This document shows positions 53,901-64,000 of a stretch of 64,000 nt of DNA, piece by piece (positions within the stretch are counted from its first letter, which is position 1; every line of letters starts with the position of its first letter). This stretch comes from Octopus bimaculoides. Taxonomy: Eukaryota. The notes below the pieces were generated by a model. That model was not told where the DNA came from and ran no database searches. It saw nothing but the letters and a program-made list of their open reading frames with translations. Location: NCBI RefSeq assembly GCF_001194135.2, contig NC_068997.1:1587458-1651457 (forward strand), written 5' to 3'. The position numbers and the translations under genes were made by a program.

Positions 53901-55454
53901 TTAGAGATGGTAGTCTGGGCTGCAATGAAACTGCATCGTTAATGGCGAACCTGCTTTTAAATAGTTTGGCCTGCAGTAACAGCACAAACATGAGCAATAA
54001 TCAAAGGATTTGAGAAAATCAACCTCTCGTGGGAGTTAATATAGAATCATATACACATTTAAAGACGTATCTTTATCAGATATACGTAAATGTGTAAGTT
54101 ATAGGGAAACAAGTGTCATAAGTAAATGGGGCGTTAAACCGTCGTTAAATTCTATAATATTCTATTATTCTATACCATAGACTAACCGAATATTATTCTG
54201 TTATAGAATGTTATCTTATTCTATCGTAAAATATAGATATAACTAATCCGCATGACGTTGCTTAACTGTTTTTAAACCAAACAAAAGAACCGAGAATGTA
54301 TGGTTATGCTGTTATTTAGCCACTAGTAGAACCTTTTGAAGTGGATTTGCCATCAAATGGATTGCTACTATAATCTTCCTGTCTTCTTTAAGTGTGTCCT
54401 TTTTGGTACGATGGTAGGCTGTAAATATTTTGGCAGTTAAGCACCTACCTCTAGCAGATCCATTGATCACATTGTGGCTGCGTCTCTTGTTTACACGTGG
54501 AACTAAATTTCTGTTTATCATATATGAAGTTTTGAAAAAAAGACTGTTTATCTTATCGTTACTTTCTTGTTTTAAAATTTTCAAAGCATTTAACTCTAAA
54601 AATGCCGGGCAAAAACGACCAGGCTTTCTTTTCATTTACTGAGTACAACATTTGTTGCTTAATGGTAAAAAACAGAATAGGAAGGCGTTTTGCGAATGTA
54701 AAAAAAGTCAGATTTTTATAAAAATGTATTAAGCCTTTAGCATTCACATTAATTTATCAAATGTAATGCATATTTATCTACATTTAACAAAAATTAACCA
54801 TGTAGTATCTTGTAGCTTCAAGATTTTGAAGATGTGGTTATTTATCTTTAGAATGACATTATAGGATAAGTTTAAGAGGCTGTATCTGGCCAGTTTCAAC
54901 ATTAAACAGCTTCAACATTTGGGTCGGTTATGGTCGGTTGAAAATCGAACGAACTACCATCTTAAAGTGGCTACGAATATTACTTGTCAGTACAACAACT
55001 GCGTTGATCTCTTATAGAAATTTTAGAACTAGCATTTTTGCTTGCTTTAAGATTTTGTTATTCGTTCTTTATAAATAAATGTTGAAAGATATACATACGC
55101 ACGCACATTCGTATATACAAACATACTCACAAACATACGTACATGCATACATACATCCATATATACATACTCACATTTCCTCCATTATAATTAGACAATG
55201 AAGGTTCTTTATATTCAATCAAATTACTCGATATAGAAACAAAACCTCCTTGAACTTTTGCCACACGTTGTTACAAAAAATAATGGTGTACTAGATAAAT
55301 CATCGATGAGTGATCACAGCTAGAATTCCTAGAAGATAGTTCTGCTAAACCAGGGTTGGCTTCATGTTCAAAACTACACCCTTACCATCATCCAGAAAAT
55401 GACGATATGATCACAAATTGATCCCTCCACTTCTGCCCCTTCCTGTTCCTCCTC

Positions 55455-56045
55455 CTCCTGGCAGAAAAAAACATCGGCGAGCATCTTAACATCTGCAAGA
55501 GACTGGCAGCTACTGGTGGATCTTAAGCGTCAGATGACGTTCCCTGGCTATATTGTGGTCGCCACCCTGCGATCAGACATTGTCCTCGTGTCTGAGTTCA
55601 CCAAGCAAGTAGGGCTGCTGGAGCTGACTGACCCTTGGGAAGATCGCCTGGAAGAAGCTCTTGAGAGAAAGCTCTCCAAGTACGCGGGCCTGGTCAGTGA
55701 CTGCCAGCGGGCTGGTTGGAGAGTGAGGTATCTCCCAGTGGAGGTTGGATACAGAGGTTTCGCAGCCCGTTCCCTGACCAGAGCCTTCAGCAGTTTGGGC
55801 ATCGAGGGATTGAGAGGGAGGAAAGCCATCCGCAGTACCACCGATGCGACAGAGAGGGCTTCAAGATGGCTGTGGATCAAAGGAGGAGAGCCATGGGGAA
55901 GCTAGTTGGCAATTTGGACACAAACTGGGATTTGATCAGCCCCAGTTAGGTCACCTGGAGGAGGGTGCATGATGTTGAAAGACCCGAAAAACCCGATGAT
56001 ACCAGGTACATAACTAACGATGTGTCCAGATGTTTCAGTCATTGA
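55455..56045 (+). mobile_element. HERO-like (R2 superfamily) retrotransposon 3' end: RLE domain plus 3' UTR
   Basis: Open frame to 55905: LRSDIVLVS..LLELTDPWE..ERKLSKY..GW..PVEVGYRGF..ASRWLWIK; GC-rich island in AT-rich DNA. Confidence 0.8.
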
Positions 56046-56394
56046 TGTATGCACACAAAGCTCATGAGTTTGTTTCCATCTCTTACTGCTAAATCCATAC
56101 TGGAACTCAACCATTTTATCACTAACAGGTTTTTGCTATTCGTGATATATACAGGATGTCACACACAAAAATGTAGACACACTTTGACAGCTGATAACTC
56201 ATTTTTTCCATTTCATTTTAGATTTAACCCATTAGAAATAATGAGGGAAGCCATACTAAGCTTCAAAGAAATTTATCGTGGGATTGGCAGTTTCAAAACA
56301 CAGTTGAAGTGTAAATATGTTGGGGGGGGGGAGGTTGAAACAGATCCACGTACGTGACTTAGCATCACTTGAGTTGGAGATAAATTTGAAACAG

Positions 56395-56567
56395 ATGGAA
56401 CTGCAAAATATCCACAAGAAGCGTTTCGTAAAACAGCAGACATCGATGAGCCTTGCAAAAAGGAGTACCAGAAACATTTCCAGAGTTCAAGAAAATCTGT
56501 GCGGCAACTGAGTGGTGGTCAAACAGCAATTACAAAATCAAGAATTCCTCGCATTTTGAAGCGCTGA
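56395..56567 (+). CDS. Candidate terminal coding exon (D)GTAKYPQEAFRKTADIDEPCKKEYQKHFQSSRKSVRQLSGGQTAITKSRIPRILKR*
   Basis: Acceptor GAAACAG| (weak pyrimidine tract), 56 open codons, TGA 56565-56567, AATAAA near 56607, about 1 kb of unique AT-rich sequence downstream. Confidence 0.3.
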
Positions 56568-57835
56568 CGTTGGAAAAGTTGCACTAGAAGAGTAATTCAC
56601 GCTCTCAATAAATATGATTTAAAGCGAAGTGTGGAATTTTGCGAGTAGTATTCGGTAAGATAAGAAGAAGATGCACAGCTTCCAACAAAATTTGGAGTTA
56701 TAAATCTAAGTTTACATGTATTTAACACAAGAAAGGTGCTTATGTTTTCGCTGAGAAATGATTAGGGGTTTTGTTACACCGGTTTAATAATCTTATTTTG
56801 AGTAAAAGGCCACATCAATGTGTTTAGATCGAGACAGTGTAACGGAGAAGAAGACAGAGAAGGTCGGAGAAAATTTAACCTGGTTAAAATCTAGGTCCAT
56901 TGCATATAGCTTTATCCAATAATACTGAGTGTGAGGCATCTTTATGAGAGACATTTAAGGACAACTTCATTGTGCTCAAAAGAAATTAATGGTACTAATA
57001 ATATATTATGTCATTTTGATCAGATAAATATATTTTTCATTGAACATTACCGGAAGGACATAGTATCGAGGAGAAGTAAAGCCCTGAAATGAAGTAGTGA
57101 AGTTAGGTAAAAATGAGGCTCATTACACTTTCAAAATGACCTTAGTGAGTTGAGTATCTTTTAGTATCACTGTATTTAATAATGAAAAGATTTATTATTC
57201 CTGTTTAACGATTCAGAGTCTCCTAGAGAAACTGAAGTGGCTCGTTAAGTGGTTTCTAAAGTCATGATCTATTGATTACTTGGCGCTATTAAATAGATGT
57301 CGACAGAAATGGCTTGGATTTTCTTTTAGAAAATCTCGTGGCGCTACTTCAGGGTTTGATTGGGGTGCTTTAGAAAAGAAATGTATACGATCTTTGCAAT
57401 AGGAAACTATAAGGGGATTAAATGAAATATGTTTGTCAGTTCATTTTTGAAGTGTCTTGTACTTGACTATTAATGTAATGTTGCATATTGTGCACGTAAT
57501 GTTGAACCTTCCTTTTAGATTTTTCTCTAGAAAATGATTAATACTTGCTGAAGGTTAAAAGCTTTAGAAATAAGAAGAGGGCAATATAATGAGTTCTTGC
57601 TTAGGCAATGGATCGGAAATTGTGAGAGGAAGGCCATAAGTTTAACTTGGCATGAAAGATACGCGTTTCTGTGAATTTAACTTTCCTGCGGTTTTATTCG
57701 ACATAAATGTAGTAAATGATTCAATTTTGATATCTTTATGGCTGATAACGTAAGTGTCGGTAGTGAATCGATTGACTATAGCGACACCTGTACAATAATT
57801 GTTATACTTACGGCTTGTCGTAAAATATATAAATG

Positions 57836-59630
<1,795 letters not shown>

Positions 59631-59670
59631 TTAAAAGGATTAACGTTACTCTTCACAAAGGTAGATAGAC

Positions 59671-61210
59671 GACACAAAGAGCGCAATGCGAATGCAATAG
59701 ATAATATTGGGTGAACGATATTTCGACAGCTAACCTGTCTTTGTCGAATTCTAGTTATAGTTACTGAAGACATTCAAATTCCTATATGGTCATGAAACAA
59801 TACTCTGGTTACGGTTCATTGATGACGTATTTTTTGTCTGGGAAGGATCACAGGATAGTTTGATTGACTTCTTGCATTTCTGTGACTGTTTTGCTAAAAA
59901 TTATGGCTGTAAGTCCAACGTAAAATTTATGTCTAGTTTTTCAAAAACCAGTGTTTAATTTTGGGACACAAAAGTTAGGTTTTCTAGAGGCGGAATAGTG
60001 AGAGAGTTATTTTGCAAGTCCACATCATCACACATTTACCTCCAATGCCGCTCCGATCAACCGGCATCATTTAATTCGGTCAAATCCGAAATCCCAATTT
60101 CTTTTTAGGATAAAACGAATTTGTACTAACATAGGGGATTACTGGAAACATGCAAATAATTTTGTACACCGTTAGGTCAAACGCGGTTACAGTGAATCAC
60201 GATTAAAGGAAATTGCAAACGCCATAGCTAAGATTTGCAAAGAAAGTCAAACTTTGACATATGATTTTAGAAAACAAAGTACAATATGCGGCAGAATTCC
60301 TTTAGTGATTAACTGGCGCCGAAATTTCGCTGGCATTTCAAAAGTGTTACATGAAAGTTACCAGCATGTTGCGGAAAAATATCTCGTTTCAAAGTAATGT
60401 TTCCTCAGTCGCCTATTGTAGCCTTTAGAAGGAATAAAAGTATAAGAGACTTATTAATCTTTACATCTGATTCCAAGAAAACTAACATTGGAGTTTCTGC
60501 ACGCTGTACCTTGAAAGACAGCCGCAAGAGAGGTAAGCCCTGTTCGTTGTGCAACAATATGTCAAGTGAATTCCATTAGGTATCATAACAGAAGCGTTAA
60601 GACTTACACGGAAGATAGGACGCGTAGAGATTCCCATTTGATGTACGCAGCAGAATGCACCGAACACAACTTGATTTATGTTGGTTGTACGACATATCAG
60701 TTAAACAAAAGATTAAATGGGCACAGTTATGACGTCAAGCACAATAACAGTAGTTCGACAGAACTTACCGAACACTTTGCATCAAACGGCTACAATTTTG
60801 AAAAAGACTTGAAAGGTGCATATTCTCAGAAAAAATTCTGAATTTTGACTACACTTTCGGTACTCAAAATGTACGAGGGGAAATATGTTTGTGGGTTATT
60901 AACATCACGCCCTGGAGGAATGAATAAAATGACAGGAGAATTTCATCATATTTACGGAAAACTGTTTGATTAAATATCCTTTTTCCTTTTCTTTTTCATT
61001 TTTTCTTTATTTTTCTTTTCGTCAGTTGTAACCTTGAAATTTGAAGACTGCTTATGTCATTTCATCAACGTGGGGACGCTGGTTGCCCTAGTTCATATTT
61101 TGGATTTCAATTTCTATAATTTTGAATTTTGAACATTTTTCATTTTGAACTCGTCAAAGACAGGCTAGCTGTCGAAATATTTATTGTAATCGCATCGCAC
61201 TCTTTGTCAC
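59671..61210 (+). mobile_element. 5'-truncated Penelope-like element (RT plus GIY-YIG) with inverted terminal segment
   Basis: WLRFIDDVFFVW (FIDD 59815-59826), thumb remnants, PIVAFRRNKSIRDLL, Cys linker, LIYVGCT..RLNGH, stop 60971-60973; 59671-59751 is inverted relative to 61147-61210. Confidence 0.85.
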
Positions 61211-61244
61211 AGCTCGTCACCCTTACAACAGCAACAATTATAAT

Positions 61245-61450
61245 AGTAATGGTTTCAAATTTTGGCACAGGGATAGCAAGTTCGGAGTGAGGATAAGTCC
61301 TTTACAACTAGTACTTATGCGATCGATCTGGAAAGGATGAAAGGCAAAGTTGAGCTCGGCCGAATTTTAACTCAGAACATGAAGACAGATGGAATGACGC
61401 TAAGCATTTCGCCCGGTCAGCTAACGATTCTGCCAGCTTACCGCCTTGAC
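61245..61450 (-). mobile_element. Family A SINE followed by (AAC)n(AAT)n
   Basis: TTTCAAATTTTGGCACAGG tail, AACTCAGAAC B box, CTGCCAGCT head. Confidence 0.8.
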
Positions 61451-61747
61451 AACAACAACAACAATAATAATAATAATAATAATAATAATAATTTTCTTAC
61501 TCTTTTTAAAAATGTCTTTGATTGAGTAAAAAAATCTTGAGAAGTACATGGAACAAATAGGGGCTGCAATAAGGGTGGAGAACTTGCAGAAAAAAGGCAC
61601 TCTTTGGGACCGCTCGAATATTCCGGGTGGTGATCGAAAAATAAGGGGTGTTACTATATAGTACATCTCCAGCGTTAGATGCTGTGCAAAGACAACAACA
61701 GCAATAACAGCAACAACAACATTAACAACGACAACAACAACAACAAC

Positions 61748-61857
<110 letters not shown>

Positions 61858-62299
61858 GCCGAAGACACAGAAACACTAATACAACCCAGCAGAACAACTG
61901 AAAAATTAACTCTAAAAAAAAAAACTAGAATATCGACAATTTCTTGTGAGTATTTTAAATTTCCTTTAATAACTAGAATTCTCCGCAAAAATTTTGCTGT
62001 GAAAATTTAGCTGTGAGTATTTAAAATTTTCTTCAAAAACAAGTTGAAAATCATGTATATCCACAACTTTCTCTAGCCGAACACACAAACCATCATGTTC
62101 AAAAACTTTGAAACTTTAATACCTACAACCTTCTGTGATACCTGTCCGTTCCTGAATATTGGAAAATGTAAACATCCTTTTAGTACAAGAACACTACAGT
62201 TCCCTCTGGCCGAACACACAAATGATCACCTTTAAAAACTTTGGAACTTTAGGAGATAAACAACTGCTAATAGCAATTTTTCCACTTATAAAAACAACA

Positions 62300-62634
62300 A
62301 AAAGACCAGAACAGAGAACAGAGAATAGGAATCTTGCTAGAACTGACAGTACCATGGGAAGAAAACATCGACAATGCAGAGAAACGAAAGGAGAAGAGAT
62401 ATGAAAAACTAATCGAAGAGTGCAGAGAACAGGGATGAACTGTCGAGTACTACCATCTGGCAGTGGGGGCTAGAGGCTTCATTGAAAGAAAAATGACAAC
62501 GCTATTCAAGAGAAGATTTGCGTTTTCAAACTAGGAACTGAGAAAACTGATAAGGAGGATACAGGAGGCGGTCGAAAAAGCCAGCTTCTATATATGGCTG
62601 AAGCGGGAAGACCGAATATGGCTTGAAAGTCATA
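62300..62634 (+). mobile_element. Second HERO-like RLE fragment, pseudogenised
   Basis: LLELTVPWEENIDNAEKRKEKRYEKLIEECREQG*TVEYYHLAVGARGF..QEAVEKASFYIWLKRED; stops at 62436 and 62532. Confidence 0.75.
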
Positions 62635-62765
62635 NNNNNNNNNNNNNNNNNNNNNNNNNNNNNNNNNNNNNNNNNNNNNNNNNNNNNNNNNNNNNNNNNN
62701 NNNNNNNNNNNNNNNNNNNNNNNNNNNNNNNNNNNNNNNNNNNNNNNCATTGTCAGTTAAAGTTC

Positions 62766-62946
62766 AGACAGTGTCATGTGACAACTTGCTGGGGCTACTT
62801 GCTGGAGCCTAGCAGCGGGAAGTTTAGACAGTGTCATGTGACAACTTGCTAGTGCTGCCTACTGGACCCTAGCAGCGGGAAATTTAGACAGTGTCACGTG
62901 ACAACTAGCTGGGGCTGCCTGCTGGAGCCTAGCAGCAGATATAAAA
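62766..62946 (+). promoter_or_regulatory. Three 60-bp tandem units, each with an E-box palindrome, followed by TATAAAA
   Basis: TGTCATGTGACA at 62772 and 62832, TGTCACGTGACA at 62892, TATAAAA at 62940-62946. Confidence 0.5.
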
Positions 62947-63769
62947 AGGGGAACTTGACATGACGATCAGTCGGACGCTGACACTCGTTGATGCTGCATC
63001 GAAGAGGCCAGGGAATAGAAGAAAGAAGACATACACCTAACACCAGAACTGAAGACACCTCCGAAAGGATGGGCCCTGCCACGTCAAAACGGTAGAGGAG
63101 TAGGGGCCGAAACCGGACGTAGTCTTGAGCTAACTGGATCCTAATCCACCAAGGGAAGGTATGTCGGAAAAAAGTAATTCAACAACGCGGGTTGATGAAC
63201 CGTAAGATGTGTGGCCAGAACCTCCTGGAAAATAACCATAGCGAGGCACATCCCACAGTTGAATTGGAACAGTCACAAACAGTGAAAGAAGACATGCACC
63301 CAACACCAGAGCTGAAAACACCTCCGAAAGGGGGTGACCCCGCCACGTCAAAACGGTAGAGGAGTAGGGGCCGAAACCGGGCGTNNNNNNNNNNGCCACG
63401 TCAAAACGGTAGAGGAGTAGGGGCCGAAACCGGGCGTGGTTTCTCCTGATGGTGTCTTGAGCTAACTGGATCCTATAAAGGAGCTGTTGTGGTAGCAGAC
63501 CACGAAACATGGTTGAAATTCCTTCTACAAACTGCACAATTATGAAAACTAAACCATGGCAAAACCTATAAAAAAACAAGAAAACTTCAACGATGTAAAT
63601 ATCAATATATATGTGTGTAAATATATACCTATGTATGTATTTGTGTGTGTGTGTGTGTATGTTTGTGTATATAACACCTTCCCAAACGTTAAACTAGTAC
63701 ACCTGTTTCTTGTTTACACACCTGTCTTCGTCTTTTGTTTTTTTGTGTGTATATTCCAACTATATATAT

Positions 63770-64000
63770 ACTTTTATTCTTTTATTTGTTTCAGTCATTT
63801 GACTGCGGCCATGCTGGAGTACCGCGTTAAGTCGAGAAAATCGACCTCAGGACTTATTCTTTGTAAGCCTAGTACATATTCGATCGTTCCCTTTTGCCGG
63901 ACCGCTAGGTTACGGGGATGTAAACACACCAGCATCAGTTGTCAAGCAATGTTGGGGGAAAATACAAGCTCACAAAAATACACACACACACACACACACA
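63770..64000 (-). mobile_element. Family B SINE tail running into its internal (CA)n at the window edge
   Basis: TTGTTTCAGTCATTTGACTGCGGCCATGCTGGAG...GTTGTCAAGC; reverse complement of 49440-49625. Confidence 0.85.

Noticed and set aside
63341-63437. Exact 44-bp duplication either side of a 10-N gap
   Set aside because: Typical unmerged contig overlap.

Overview
Repeat-dominated, AT-rich animal genomic DNA with 11 N gaps, most flanked by (TA)n or (CA)n. The SINE families look like those of Octopus (recalled from memory, not searched). No prokaryotic features (CRISPR, operon, rRNA) and no recognisable intact protein-coding gene. Almost all ORFs in the supplied track are microsatellite or gap artefacts. 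The window holds many copies of several tRNA-derived SINEs and an about 540-bp element embedded in (AAT)n. It also holds decayed retroelements: two Penelope-like elements (one with RT FIDD plus GIY-YIG), a Tx1/L1 endonuclease, RTE, two HERO-like and one R4/Dong-like restriction-like-endonuclease (RLE) fragments. DNA-transposon relics include a mariner pseudogene and two long fold-back MITE-like elements, and there are several tandem arrays. The most unusual signal is a set of dispersed minimal hammerhead-ribozyme-like motifs from several stem-II families, some with non-canonical cores. One has a SINE inserted at its predicted cleavage region, and one pair forms the inverted flanks of a Penelope element. 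A few plus-strand segments have good splice signals and may be exons of an unidentified host transcript (low confidence).
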